Source: Caldilineales bacterium (GTDB lineage Bacteria; Chloroflexota; Anaerolineae; JAAEKA01). From it: DNA of 64,000 nucleotides. A model generated the notes under the pieces. The model had not been told where the DNA came from. It saw only the letters and a program-made list of their open reading frames with translations, and ran no database searches. The stretch covers positions 41,371 through 105,370 of the forward strand of contig JANWYQ010000055.1 of the NCBI GenBank assembly GCA_025055015.1, read 5' to 3'. The position numbers and the translations under genes are program-made. Shown piece after piece: positions 19,361 through 31,736 of this stretch. Position 1 is the stretch's first letter; the number at the start of each line of letters is the position of its first letter.

Positions 19361-20602
19361 TTGAAGCAGGAAACGGCGAGCCGGTTCTTCGGCATTTCCC
19401 CCTCGGCCGGTGAAGGGATTGAGCCGGCGCGCGACCGGCGCTTGCTGTGGGATGTGCCTGACCGGCGGCTCGACGAGACCTCCGCTGCGGCGGTAGACGG
19501 CCTCGATCTGCTCCGCAGTCTGCTGGAGATCCCCTCCCTCTCCGGCCAGGAGGCGGCTGCAGCGGCCTTCCTGGCGGACTGGATGGGCCGGCATGGACTG
19601 CGCGCCTTCGTGGACGCCGTGGGCAACGCTGTGGGCATCGTGGACGGCGGGCCGGCCGCCGACGGCTCGCCGCCGCAGGACGTTGTACTGCTGGGTCACA
19701 TTGACACCGTGGGCGGCCACGTTCCGGTGCGGGTCGAGGAGGGCAAGCTGTACGGCCGTGGGGCGGTGGACGCCAAGGGGCCGCTGGCCGCCTTCGCCGT
19801 GGCCGCAGCGCTGGTCGGGCCGCGGCCTGGCTGGCTCATCGTGGTCATCGCTGCGGTGGAGGAGGAGGCGGCTACGTCCCGGGGCGCGCGCCACGCCGCG
19901 GCGCAGTACCGCCCTGCATACTGCGTGATCGGCGAGCCCAGCGGCTGGAGCCGGGTCACCCTAGGCTACAAGGGTCGGCTGCTGGCCCATGTCGCCGTGC
20001 GCCAGCCCATGTCCCACACCGCCGGACCGGCCCCCTCGGCCTGCGAGCTGGCCGTGGACCTGTGGAACCGGGTGCGCAGCCGGGTGGCCGAGCTCAACGC
20101 CGGCCGCGACAAGCCGTGGGACCAGGTGCTGGCCTCGCTGCGCAGCTTCAGCTCCGACAGCGACGGCCTGACCGAGACGGCGCAGATGATGCTCGGCTTC
20201 CGCCTGCCCCCGGACATCGGGCCGGAGGCGCTGCAGGCGGAGCTGCAGGCGCTGGCCGGCCCGGCCGAGCTAGCCTTCGAGGGCGCCGAGGTCGCCTATC
20301 GCGCCGACAAGAACAACGCCCTGGTGCGCGCCTTCCTGGCCGCCATTCGGGCCCAAGGCGGACAGCCGGGCTTCGTGCTGAAAACCGGCACCTCCGACAT
20401 GAACGTGGTGGGGCCCATCTGGCGGTGCCCCATCGTGGCCTACGGGCCGGGCGACAGCAGCCTGGACCACACCCCCCACGAACACGTGGCCATCGAGGAG
20501 TGGCAGCGGGGCGTGGCCGTGCTGGTGGACATGTTGCAGCGAGTGACGGCCGGCCAAGCTGCCGCCGATGAGGCTGTGGTGGGTCAGGCGGCGGCCGAGT
20601 AG
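19361..20602 (+). CDS. lysK: LysK ([LysW]-lysine hydrolase, ArgE/M20 family); start codon uncertain
   Basis: M20 peptidase metal-binding motifs: LLGHIDTV and GRGAVDAKG. Lies at the end of the AAA cluster. Confidence 0.75.
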   Translation: MKQETASRFFGISPSAGEGIEPARDRRLLWDVPDRRLDETSAAAVDGLDLLRSLLEIPSLSGQEAAAAAFLADWMGRHGLRAFVDAVGNAVGIVDGGPAADGSPPQDVVLLGHIDTVGGHVPVRVEEGKLYGRGAVDAKGPLAAFAVAAALVGPRPGWLIVVIAAVEEEAATSRGARHAAAQYRPAYCVIGEPSGWSRVTLGYKGRLLAHVAVRQPMSHTAGPAPSACELAVDLWNRVRSRVAELNAGRDKPWDQVLASLRSFSSDSDGLTETAQMMLGFRLPPDIGPEALQAELQALAGPAELAFEGAEVAYRADKNNALVRAFLAAIRAQGGQPGFVLKTGTSDMNVVGPIWRCPIVAYGPGDSSLDHTPHEHVAIEEWQRGVAVLVDMLQRVTAGQAAADEAVVGQAAAE

Positions 20603-20647
20603 GCCACGGCAGCTAGGCTCCCGGCGTCACTTCCTAGGAGACTGCCT

Positions 20648-21817
20648 ATGCTGCAGGCAGCGCAAGGGATCAAGGACCTTCTGGTGCAGTGGCGACGGCA
20701 GATCCATCGCTGGCCGGAGCTTGGCTTCGAGGTGTATCGCACGGCCGACCTGGTGGCGCGCACCCTGGTCGAGCTGGGGGTTGAGGTGCGCGTCGGCGTG
20801 GGCAAGACAGGGGTGGTCGGCTACCTGGGCGACGGCGACGGCCCGGTGATCGCCCTTCGCGCGGACATGGATGCTCTGCCCATCCAGGAGGAGAACGACG
20901 TCGAGTACGCGTCCCGCGTGCCCGGCTACATGCACGCCTGCGGCCACGACGCGCACACGGCCATGCTGCTAGGCGTGGCGGCGCTGCTCAGCCGAGAGCA
21001 GATCCCCGGCCAGGTGCGCCTGCTCTTCCAGCCCTCCGAGGAAGCTAGCGACGAGGAAGGCCTCAGCGGCGCGCCGCGCATGATCGCCGACGGCGCACTG
21101 GAGGGAGTGGACGCGGTCATCGCCCTCCACGTCAACGGAACCCTAGAGACCGGCCACATCAAGGCCGACGAGGGCTGGGTAGACGCAGCCATAGACACCT
21201 TCAAGGTCTACATCACGGGCCGGGGCGGCCATTGTGCCTATCCCCACCGGGCGGTGGATCCCATCTGGCTGACGGCCCAGGTGCTTAACGCCCTCTACGC
21301 CATCCCCTCCCGGCGGCTGGACCCCCTGCAGCCGGCCATCCTCTCCGTCGGCGTGGTGCGGGGCGGCACCGCGGAGAACATCATCCCCGGCGCCGTGTAC
21401 CTGGAGGGCACCCTGCGCAGCTACGACGACGACGTGCGCGAGCAGCTCGTTCGTGAGCTGGAGCAGGCGCTGCAGATCGCGCGCGCCCTCGGCGGCGACT
21501 ACGAGCTCCAGGTGCTGCGCGGCTATCCGGCCAACTACAACGACCCGGTGGTGGCGTCATGGCTGCGCCAGGTGGCTGCCAACCTGTTGGGCCCCAACCG
21601 ACTGGCGACAGGCCAGCGCAGCATGGGCGCAGAGGACTTCAGCTATATGTCGCGGCTGGTGCGCGGGGCCATGTTCGAGCTGGGCGCCATGCCTCCCGGC
21701 GGCCCTCCTCGCCACCTGCACACCCCTACGTTCGACATTGATGAGGACGCGTTGCCCCTTGGAACGGCTATCCTGGCCGAGACCGCCCTGCGCTTTGTGC
21801 GCCGGCAGTTGATCTAA
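20648..21817 (+). CDS. M20D-family amidohydrolase (N-acyl-L-amino-acid amidohydrolase / hippuricase-like)
   Basis: MHACGHDAHT motif and overall similarity to the second M20D at 56662-57870. Confidence 0.8.
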   Translation: MLQAAQGIKDLLVQWRRQIHRWPELGFEVYRTADLVARTLVELGVEVRVGVGKTGVVGYLGDGDGPVIALRADMDALPIQEENDVEYASRVPGYMHACGHDAHTAMLLGVAALLSREQIPGQVRLLFQPSEEASDEEGLSGAPRMIADGALEGVDAVIALHVNGTLETGHIKADEGWVDAAIDTFKVYITGRGGHCAYPHRAVDPIWLTAQVLNALYAIPSRRLDPLQPAILSVGVVRGGTAENIIPGAVYLEGTLRSYDDDVREQLVRELEQALQIARALGGDYELQVLRGYPANYNDPVVASWLRQVAANLLGPNRLATGQRSMGAEDFSYMSRLVRGAMFELGAMPPGGPPRHLHTPTFDIDEDALPLGTAILAETALRFVRRQLI

Positions 21818-21836
21818 CCGAACCGAGCGAAACCGT

Positions 21837-22499
21837 ATGCATCCCACTGCGCTTTTGTTCGACATGGACGGCCTGATGTTCGACACCGAGCGGCTCGTGC
21901 TGGCCGCGTGGCGCCAGGCCGTGGTCGAGGCCGGCTACCCGGCCCGGGACGAGGTCTTTCTGGAGTGCGTCGGCCGCAACGCCGAGGCCACCGACCAGGT
22001 AGTGCGCGCCGCCTACGGCCCCGATTTTCCCCTGGAGACGGTCAATCGGCGCACCAACCAGGTCATCTGGCAGCGGATCAACCGGGAAGGGGTGCCCCTC
22101 AAGCCCGGCTTGCTCCCGCTCCTGGACTACCTAGAGGCGCAGGGCGTTCCGAGAGCGGTGGCCAGCTCCACCGAGCGCCCCATCGTTGAGCGGCTTCTGG
22201 CGCAGACGGGCCTGCGGTCGCGCTTTGCGGCGGTGGTGGGCGGGGACGAGGTGCCGCGCAGCAAGCCGGCCCCCGACATCTTCCTGCTGGCGGCCCAGCG
22301 GCTAGGCGTGGAGCCGGCCCGTTGCCTGGTGCTGGAAGATTCGGAGCCGGGCGCGCGGGCGGGGCTGGCTGCGGGCATGGCGGTGGTCGTGGTTCCCGAC
22401 CTCAAGCCGCCCTCGGCCGAGGTTGTGCGGCAAGTGGTGGCCGTGTTGCCCAGCCTCGAAGCCGTGTTGGTTTGGCTGGCTCAGGATGGGCACGATTAG
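21837..22499 (+). CDS. HAD-IA family hydrolase (beta-phosphoglucomutase-like)
   Basis: N-terminal DxD motif LLFDMDGLMFDTE and downstream HAD motifs. Confidence 0.8.
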   Translation: MHPTALLFDMDGLMFDTERLVLAAWRQAVVEAGYPARDEVFLECVGRNAEATDQVVRAAYGPDFPLETVNRRTNQVIWQRINREGVPLKPGLLPLLDYLEAQGVPRAVASSTERPIVERLLAQTGLRSRFAAVVGGDEVPRSKPAPDIFLLAAQRLGVEPARCLVLEDSEPGARAGLAAGMAVVVVPDLKPPSAEVVRQVVAVLPSLEAVLVWLAQDGHD

Positions 22500-22538
22500 T
22501 TTTTCGGAACCTTCGAAGTTGCCGGGAACCTCGCAACC

Positions 22539-24719
<2,181 letters not shown>

Positions 24720-24737
24720 ACAGATCCTCCGAGCAGT

Positions 24738-25400
24738 TCAGGAGCCGGTCGTTTGTTCCAGGGTAAACTCGATCTTTCCCTTGAGCGCGCCGGTGGGGCA
24801 GACGCCGACGCAGTTGCCGCAGAAGACGCACGTGGTGTCGGGCATGTCCTCGCCGAAGAAGGTGGCCACATGGCTACCTAGCCCCCGGCCGCCCCAGGTC
24901 AGGGCGTAGGTGTACTGCACGTCGTCCGCGCACACCTGGATGCAGCGCCAGCACATGACGCACTGGGAGTAGTCCCGCACGTAGAAGGGGTTGTCGTCCA
25001 GCAGGGGAAACTGGCGGCGTCGGCCGCCGGCGAAGCGCGCCGGGTCGGCGCCATAGCGCTCGAGGTATGCCAGGATCTCCGGCGCCTCGCGCAGGTCCAC
25101 GGTGGAGGCCAGCAGCTCCAAGATGACCCGCCGCGCCGTGCGCACCCGCTCGTTGTCCGTATGCACCACCATCCCCGGCCGCACCGGCACCACGCAGGCC
25201 GGCTGCAGCGTGCGCATCCCCTCCACCTCCACGGTGCACAGCCGGCAGACCGCGTTGGGGGTCAAGTTGGGATGGTAGCAGATGGTAGGGATCTCCACCC
25301 CGGCGCAGCGGGCAGCCCCGAGCAGGGTGGTCCCTGCGGGCACGGTGACGCTTTGGCCGTCGAGGGTGAGGGTGACGGACGAGAGGTTGGGGGTGACCAT
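24738..25400 (-). CDS. formate dehydrogenase alpha N-terminal 2Fe-2S/4Fe-4S ferredoxin-like part (NuoG-like), encoded as a separate ORF
   Basis: 2Fe-2S motif [15 protein letters not shown], then the cysteine clusters CVMCWRC and [12 protein letters not shown]. Separated from the downstream MopB ORF by a single in-frame TGA and 18 nt that contain GGAGGA-tctgt-ATG. Confidence 0.8.
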   Translation of the reverse strand: MVTPNLSSVTLTLDGQSVTVPAGTTLLGAARCAGVEIPTICYHPNLTPNAVCRLCTVEVEGMRTLQPACVVPVRPGMVVHTDNERVRTARRVILELLASTVDLREAPEILAYLERYGADPARFAGGRRRQFPLLDDNPFYVRDYSQCVMCWRCIQVCADDVQYTYALTWGGRGLGSHVATFFGEDMPDTTCVFCGNCVGVCPTGALKGKIEFTLEQTTGS

Positions 25401-25565
25401 GGCCTGGCTCCGTTGCCGCGGACGACGGTGTTTGTGAGGGAGGTGTGTCGCGCTTGCGCAGCACAAGTATACGCCAAAAGAAAGCCATAGCCAAACCGGA
25501 GCGCTGTGGCCCATGGCGCAATGGAGATCTTCTCCCCCCCTCACTCCCGCTTTGGTTCGCTTGGG

Positions 25566-26573
25566 CTATCGCTGAGGCTCCAGCGCTGCCGCTAAGGCCT
25601 CGTCCCAGTACAGCTGCTGGCCGTCCTGCACCAGCAGCACCCCCGCTTGGCGAGCGGCTTCGATCGCCCCTTGTGTGATCTTCTCTCCGGCTGCCGTGGG
25701 AACAGCTACCAACCCTGCCTTGCGCAGCAGCGCCGCCCGCCGCGCCGCGCGCTCGACGTCGTTGCGGTCAACCACCACCGAGGCCTCCACAGCCAGCAAG
25801 ACGGACGCGGCGTCGCCGCGCTCAGGCAGGCGTCCGCGCACGACTGCGTCCAGCAGCATAACCTCCTGCAGCTCGTCGCGGTCGAGGCGGTCTTCCAGCT
25901 CGACCTCCAGTTCCTGTAGCGAGAGCGCGCGCGTGCGACGCAGGATACGCCCGAAGTAGGCAGGTGCCTTGTCTCGGAATTGCCGCTCCAACCGCTCCCC
26001 TTGGAGAACGGCCAGGCTGATCTTCATCTCGCGCTGCTCGGCGGTCAGCTGGAGGATAGCCTCCTCGGTGCGCTTTTGGGCTTCGGCCAGCTCTTCGACG
26101 CGCTGCTCGGTGCGCTTTTGGGCTTCGGCCAGCTCTTCGACGCGCTGCTCGGTGCGCTTTTGGGCTTCGGCCAGCTCCGCTACCACCGTTTCCAGCCGCG
26201 TTAGCCGTGCCTCGCTCTGCCGTTGCGCCTCGGCCAACTCCGCTACCACCGTTTCCAGCCGTGTTAGCCGTGCCTCGCTCTGCCGTTGCGCCTCGGCCAG
26301 GTCTTCGACGCGCTGCTCGGTGCGCTTTTGGGCCTCGGCCAGGTCTTCGACGCGCTGCTCGGTGCGCTTCTGGGCTTCGGCCAGCTCTTCGACGCGCTGC
26401 TCGGTGCGCTTCTGCGCCTCGGCCAGCTCTTGGACCACTGCCCGCAGCTGGTTGAAATCCTCTCGCTGAACGGCGAACTCCGCGGCGAAGTCGCGGCGCA
26501 AGGCCTCCGCCAGCTTCAGCATGGGGACCTGGAGATCGCGCGGTAGCTCGTCAATAACTTGTAGGTACGTCAT
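25566..26573 (-). CDS. coiled-coil repeat protein (14-aa repeats [14 protein letters not shown]) with a C-terminal possible PD-(D/E)XK-like domain
   Basis: At least 8 tandem 14/21-aa repeats encoded by 42-bp tandem DNA repeats (nt approx 26030-26440). C-terminus contains D...EVMLLD...E-like acidic/hydrophobic pattern. Confidence 0.6.
   Translation of the reverse strand: MTYLQVIDELPRDLQVPMLKLAEALRRDFAAEFAVQREDFNQLRAVVQELAEAQKRTEQRVEELAEAQKRTEQRVEDLAEAQKRTEQRVEDLAEAQRQSEARLTRLETVVAELAEAQRQSEARLTRLETVVAELAEAQKRTEQRVEELAEAQKRTEQRVEELAEAQKRTEEAILQLTAEQREMKISLAVLQGERLERQFRDKAPAYFGRILRRTRALSLQELEVELEDRLDRDELQEVMLLDAVVRGRLPERGDAASVLLAVEASVVVDRNDVERAARRAALLRKAGLVAVPTAAGEKITQGAIEAARQAGVLLVQDGQQLYWDEALAAALEPQR
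26030..26440. repeat. 42-bp tandem repeat array inside the coiled-coil gene
   Basis: Unit cgctgctcggtgcgcttttgggcttcggccagctcttcgacg repeated with minor variants. Confidence 0.8.
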
Positions 26574-26634
26574 GGCGCTCTCCTAACCGCGGACATTATA
26601 CCCCACGTCGGCGTAGATCAGAAAACTACGGCCG

Positions 26635-27525
26635 TCAATATCCCGACTCCATGTCAATTAAGCCCTTCTCCTTGGCCGTGTGCAGTGCCCAACGGTAGAA
26701 GTAGTACGAGCCGACCAGCAGGACCAAAGTGAACCCGGCCAGGATGGCCAGCAGGTGAGCGTTGGACAGGTGGGCGAAGGTCTGGAACCCGACTGCGCCG
26801 GGGCCTAGCAGCGCACGCCGCGCCGCCTCCAGCCAGTAGGTGACGGGCAGCAGGAACCCCAGGGGACGCAGCCACGAGGGGAGGACCTCCAACGGAAAGA
26901 TGGCGCCGCTGAAGAGGTACATGGCGCCTGACACCGCGTCGCCCACCGACCAGAAGTGCCGCGCCATGGTCATGGTCCACGCGCCCATGATCAGGCCGAG
27001 GCCGGCCAGGGCAGCTACGCCCAGGGCTGTGCTGGCGACAAACAGAGGCCAGTCCACCGTGGCCAGCCGGATGGGCAGCTTGAAGACCACCATGCCGAAG
27101 CCGATAACGATGACCACCGAGATGGTGCCGATGAGCAGCCGCGCCACGCCTCGGCCGAACAGGTAGGCGTAGCCGTTGATGGGCGCCGTGTACAGGTGTT
27201 TGGCCACGCGATAGTGCTCGCGGTCGTCAATGATGGCCCAGCTGACGCCGGTGATCACCTGGCCCACCAAGATGTACAGTGCGTTGCCCAGGTAGATGTA
27301 GGCGAAAATCGGCTCGGCGTAGGCGCCGGCGGTGATCACCCCGTACATCACCACGATGATCAGCACGCTGGCCAGCGGCCGCGCCAGGGAGTACACGGCG
27401 AACAAGAAGGGATCCGCCCAGTTGGACTCGATCTGCCAGCCCAGCCAGGCGGCTACCAGAAAACTGCGCAGCCCATCGTTGCTGCGCACCAGGCGGGAGT
27501 CGAACACGCGTTGCACGAGAGCCAT
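26635..27525 (-). CDS. ABC-2 type transporter permease
   Basis: Six hydrophobic segments. Adjacent to a second permease and an ABC ATPase. Confidence 0.7.
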   Translation of the reverse strand: MALVQRVFDSRLVRSNDGLRSFLVAAWLGWQIESNWADPFLFAVYSLARPLASVLIIVVMYGVITAGAYAEPIFAYIYLGNALYILVGQVITGVSWAIIDDREHYRVAKHLYTAPINGYAYLFGRGVARLLIGTISVVIVIGFGMVVFKLPIRLATVDWPLFVASTALGVAALAGLGLIMGAWTMTMARHFWSVGDAVSGAMYLFSGAIFPLEVLPSWLRPLGFLLPVTYWLEAARRALLGPGAVGFQTFAHLSNAHLLAILAGFTLVLLVGSYYFYRWALHTAKEKGLIDMESGY

Positions 27526-27528
27526 GGC

Positions 27529-28380
27529 CTACCGCCGCCGCTCGATCAGCCGTCCCTCACGACGGCCGATCTCCTCCAGCTTGGCCAGCGCCCACCAAGC
27601 CAGGGCAATAAACACCACCGCCAACACCACCTGGATCGCCAGCTCCACGGGCACCGACAGGAAGCCCAGGGCGGGATCGCCGGAGAACACTAGCTGGCGC
27701 ATGGCATCTAGCCCCAAGGTGAGTGGAATGACCGACGCCAGGGTAGCCACGATCCCGCCCAGGGCCTTCACGGGGAAGTAGAAGCCGGAGGCCAGGTAGA
27801 TGGGCTCCTGCAACAGGTTGGACAGGTGCCATGCCTCGCGTCCGGCGGCCAGGAAGACCGACGCAAACAACATGCCCATGCCGTACAGGGCGGCCATGGT
27901 GGCCGCAAAGACCGCCGCCAGCAGCAGGGGATCGGCGATCTGGTAGCTGACGCCGAACAGCACCGTGCACACCACCAGGATCACCGCCGCGCGAGTGGCG
28001 GTCATCACCAGGCCCCCCACCGCCATGCCCAGTAGGATGGCCATCAGAGGGCCGGGCGCCAGCACGTAGATCTCCAGGTTCCCCTGGTCCTTGTCCCAGT
28101 AGAGCTGGCTCGCCATGTTCCACAGCACGTTGAGCCAGAAGGCGGTCATCACCCCGCCCAGCACGGCGAACCCAGTGTACTCCGGCGGCGCCTGGATGGC
28201 GCGGTAGATGTAGACGTAGCCCGCTACCGACAACATCGGGAGCACCGTCTCGAAGATCAGCCAGCTTCGCTCGCGCAGGGTGCCCACGATGCGGGGGTAG
28301 GCGCGCGCCCAGGTCGTGGCCCAGAACAGGGCCAGGCCGGTGGCTTTCGTGACCCGAGGTTCTGCGGTGTTCGTGGTCAT
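27529..28380 (-). CDS. ABC-2 type transporter permease
   Basis: Polytopic membrane protein. Start overlaps the upstream ATPase stop. Confidence 0.7.
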   Translation of the reverse strand: MTTNTAEPRVTKATGLALFWATTWARAYPRIVGTLRERSWLIFETVLPMLSVAGYVYIYRAIQAPPEYTGFAVLGGVMTAFWLNVLWNMASQLYWDKDQGNLEIYVLAPGPLMAILLGMAVGGLVMTATRAAVILVVCTVLFGVSYQIADPLLLAAVFAATMAALYGMGMLFASVFLAAGREAWHLSNLLQEPIYLASGFYFPVKALGGIVATLASVIPLTLGLDAMRQLVFSGDPALGFLSVPVELAIQVVLAVVFIALAWWALAKLEEIGRREGRLIERRR

Positions 28381-29411
28381 AGGCTTCCGTTCAACCGCTC
28401 GGAGGTGTCCACGTCCAGGCCGCGGCCCACCAGGTCAATGAACACGTCCTCCAGGGTGGGCTCCCGCTTCTCCAGCGCAATCAGCCCGGACCCGCGCCGC
28501 GTGAGGTGGTCCAGCACGCCACCCAGGGCGTCCTCGGCCTCCAGGATCAGCTTGAGCTCCGTGGCGCCGTCGGTCTCGCGCACCGTTACCTGGCGCACGC
28601 CGGGCACCGCCTCGATCATGTCCTCGCGGCGCATCGGCCGCTGGCCCAGGGGGATCACCCGCAGGGTAAACACCGTCTCCCGCCGCAGCCGGCGCTTGAG
28701 GTTGGCCGGGGTGTCCAGCGCCAACAGCCGTCCCTTGTCAATGATGGCCAGCCGATCGCACAGCTCGTCGGCCTCGGCCATGTAGTGGGTGGTGAGCAAC
28801 AGCGTGCGGTCCGGGTGCTGCTCCATCCACGCGCGCACGAAGTCGCGCACCTGTCGCGCTGCGGTCACGTCCAGGCCGAGGGTTGGCTCGTCTAGGAAGA
28901 CCACGTCTGGGTCGCTGATGAACCCGCGCACGAAGTTCATCTTCTGGCGCAGGCCGGTGGAGAGGTCGGAGATCTTGGTGCGGCGGCGGTCGCTTAGGCC
29001 CACCACCTCCAACAGCTCGCCGATGCGCTGCTTGGCCACCTTGGTCTCCAGGCCGTAGAAGCGGGCGAACATCCACAGGTTCTCCTCGACGGTGAGCAGG
29101 CCGTAGCCGCTGGTCTCGCCGCCGCTGACCATGCTGATGCGTCGGCGGATTTCCTGCGCGTCGCGCGTCACGTCGAGCCCTTCCACCAGCGCCGTGCCGG
29201 AGGTAGGCAGCAGCAGAGTGGTGAGGATTTTGATCAGGGTGGTCTTGCCGGCACCGTTTGGACCTAGGAGGCCGAAAAGCTCCCCGCGCTCGACCCTGAG
29301 GTTCACCCCCTGCAGCGCAACGATCTGTTTGGGGTCTCCCTTGTGCTTGGGCCCACGCAGCTTGTAGACCCGGCCCAAGTTTTGGGTAAGGATGGCTGGC
29401 ACATCCGACAT
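28377..29411 (-). CDS. ABC transporter ATP-binding protein
   Basis: Walker A GPNGAGKTT, ABC signature LSTGLRQK, Walker B VVFLDEPT. Confidence 0.85.
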   Translation of the reverse strand: MSDVPAILTQNLGRVYKLRGPKHKGDPKQIVALQGVNLRVERGELFGLLGPNGAGKTTLIKILTTLLLPTSGTALVEGLDVTRDAQEIRRRISMVSGGETSGYGLLTVEENLWMFARFYGLETKVAKQRIGELLEVVGLSDRRRTKISDLSTGLRQKMNFVRGFISDPDVVFLDEPTLGLDVTAARQVRDFVRAWMEQHPDRTLLLTTHYMAEADELCDRLAIIDKGRLLALDTPANLKRRLRRETVFTLRVIPLGQRPMRREDMIEAVPGVRQVTVRETDGATELKLILEAEDALGGVLDHLTRRGSGLIALEKREPTLEDVFIDLVGRGLDVDTSERLNGSL

Positions 29412-29725
29412 AGCACTGGTCCTCCGGATAGTCTCCACAGTTTCCGGGAAGCGCTTTGTTTCGCGGAAACATGGTGAGCCGGGGCGGAGTGTAGCACGTC
29501 TGTTCGCGAACGACAAACGGCAGCCGTGTTGGCGTCGGTGGTTCTGCTCTTGCCGTCTGCGAGGGTATTTGACGCCCCAGGGGGCCGGCGTATAATGGGT
29601 TTGCTCCAGCGTACGCAGCGGGGGGCTGTTGGTACCCTGGAACGAAACTCAAGCTTACTGCGTCAGCGAAACATCTGAAGCGCTGGGCTGACGGCAGTCA
29701 ATTCGTGCTCTCTGGAGGTGTGACA

Positions 29726-30949
29726 ATGCAGCGGAAACAGCTGTGGCTGGTCGTGACGACCTTGTTGCTGGCGCTCGTCGTGGCCGTTCCGGCCTTCGCC
29801 GTTGGCAGTGGTCCCGTGGCGCCCCTGCTCGGCGTCGACTCGCCCTCGGCCATCGCCGGTCGCTATATCGTCGTCCTGAAGCCCGGCACGACGCCGGCCG
29901 ACGTGGAGGCGGCTATCGCCGATGCGGAGGCGGCGGCGGGCCGTGGTGTGCTGGATGCTCTCGCCGACGGCCCGCGGGGCGTCCTGGTTCACTATCGTTA
30001 CTCGGCAGCCCTCAACGGCTTTGCGGCGACCCTGCCGCCTCGCGCAGTGGAGGCGCTGCGCCGCAACCCTAACGTGGACTACATCGAAGCCGACCAGGTG
30101 GTGAGCATTGACACCACGCAAAGCCCGGCCACTTGGGGCATTGACCGCATCGACCAGCGCAACCTGCCCCTCAGCAACTCCTTCACCTACAACGCCACCG
30201 GCGCCGGCGTGCGCGCCTACATCATTGACACCGGCATCCGGGTCACCCATACCGAGTTCGGCGGCCGCGCCTCCATCGGCACCGACACCGTGGGCGACGG
30301 CCAGAACGGCAACGACTGCAACGGCCATGGCACCCACGTGGCGGGCACCGTGGGCGGCACCACCTACGGCGTGGCCAAGCAGGTGCAGCTCATTGCGGTG
30401 CGTGTGCTCAACTGCAGCGGCTCTGGCAGCACCTCCGGCGTCATCGCCGGTGTGGACTGGGTGACGGCCAACGCTGTTAAGCCGGCGGTGGCTAACATGA
30501 GCCTGGGCGGCGCTGCCTCCACCTCCCTGGACAACGCCGTGACCAACTCCATCAACAGCGGCGTGACTTACGCCATCGCCGCCGGCAACAGCAACCGCGA
30601 CGCCTGCAAGTTCTCCCCGGCGCGCGTGGCGGACGCCCTCACTGTGGGCGCCACCACCAACACCGACGCTCGCGCGTCCTACTCCAACTTCGGCTCCTGT
30701 CTGGACCTGTTCGCGCCCGGCTCCTCCATTACCTCAGCCTGGCACACCAACGACACCGCTACCAACACCATCAGCGGCACCTCCATGGCCGCGCCGCACG
30801 TGGCCGGCGTGGCGGCCCAGTACCTACAGACCAACCCCACGGCCTCGCCGGCTACGGTGCGCAACGCCATCGTCAACAACGCCACCACCGGCGTGGTGGG
30901 GAACCCGGGCCGGAACTCCCCCAACCGGCTGCTGTTCACCAACTACTGA
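29726..30949 (+). CDS. secreted S8 subtilisin-like serine protease (proteinase K-like) with I9 propeptide
   Basis: Signal peptide. Catalytic triad contexts Asp YIIDTGI, His [10 protein letters not shown], Ser [21 protein letters not shown]. Confidence 0.9.
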   Translation: MQRKQLWLVVTTLLLALVVAVPAFAVGSGPVAPLLGVDSPSAIAGRYIVVLKPGTTPADVEAAIADAEAAAGRGVLDALADGPRGVLVHYRYSAALNGFAATLPPRAVEALRRNPNVDYIEADQVVSIDTTQSPATWGIDRIDQRNLPLSNSFTYNATGAGVRAYIIDTGIRVTHTEFGGRASIGTDTVGDGQNGNDCNGHGTHVAGTVGGTTYGVAKQVQLIAVRVLNCSGSGSTSGVIAGVDWVTANAVKPAVANMSLGGAASTSLDNAVTNSINSGVTYAIAAGNSNRDACKFSPARVADALTVGATTNTDARASYSNFGSCLDLFAPGSSITSAWHTNDTATNTISGTSMAAPHVAGVAAQYLQTNPTASPATVRNAIVNNATTGVVGNPGRNSPNRLLFTNY

Positions 30950-31085
30950 GCCCATCACAGACTGCGACGGACGGGCCAAGGTCAGTGGGTGGCCGTCCGT
31001 AGGTAAGTGCAAAAGAACAGGTCCCTGGCGCCACCAGGGACCTGCTCTTTCCTAGCGAGAAGCCTCGGGACGACGCTTGGCGAGC

Positions 31086-31574
31086 CTACGGCGTCACCCC
31101 CAACGCGTCAGCCAGCTCGGCCAGCGCAGCCTTCTCGGCGTCGCTGACGCGCACGGCGCCGATGCCCAGAAAGCCGCCCTCCTTGGTGGCGTTGGCCACG
31201 TCCACGGCCAGCTGGTAGAACCACTGCTTGAGGCCGGTGGCCTCCTCGGCGCTGGCCTTCTCGTCCAGCAGCGCTGCTGCGCCTCGCACCGCGTCCATGA
31301 GCTCGGCCTTGATCCCCTCCGGATCCCTGGCTGTGAGCTTGAGTTGTGCTTCTTTAGCGGTCTCCTTGTTGGTCAGATCGCCAATCAGCGCGCTAAGCAG
31401 CTCGTTGTCGGTGCCGCTTTGGGCGACAGCGGCGATGCCCTTCCCCAGCGCCATCGACTCGCCGATGGAGCCCAGCAGGCTGGGGCTAGCTGCGGCAACG
31501 TACATGCCGACAGCCAACGGCGCCTGAAGCAGGCGGCTCCACTCCTCAGGGGCGAAATCGGCCTTGGTGGTCAT
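31086..31574 (-). CDS. hypothetical protein (162 aa)
   Basis: ORF with AGGAG RBS. No recognised family. Confidence 0.4.
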   Translation of the reverse strand: MTTKADFAPEEWSRLLQAPLAVGMYVAAASPSLLGSIGESMALGKGIAAVAQSGTDNELLSALIGDLTNKETAKEAQLKLTARDPEGIKAELMDAVRGAAALLDEKASAEEATGLKQWFYQLAVDVANATKEGGFLGIGAVRVSDAEKAALAELADALGVTP

Positions 31575-31736
31575 GGTATGCTCCTTCCTAAAACCTTGCA
31601 GATGAGGTGCGGGCAGCTTTCCGGGCTGCTCACCTAGCCCAGACGAAATCACGAGGCCGCCGCCTTGTCTGTAAGGCCTCTTCCGACTTGACGTTATGCC
31701 GGCTCCATTGCTTGCGACGCAAGGCGCCGCCCAAGG

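Noticed and set aside
24735-24737. In-frame TGA in formate dehydrogenase read as a possible selenocysteine codon.
   Set aside because: The canonical Sec position in the MopB domain carries Cys (NNIDHCARLCH). The TGA lies at the domain junction, 10 codons before the CPYCGVGC motif, and is followed by an RBS and ATG.
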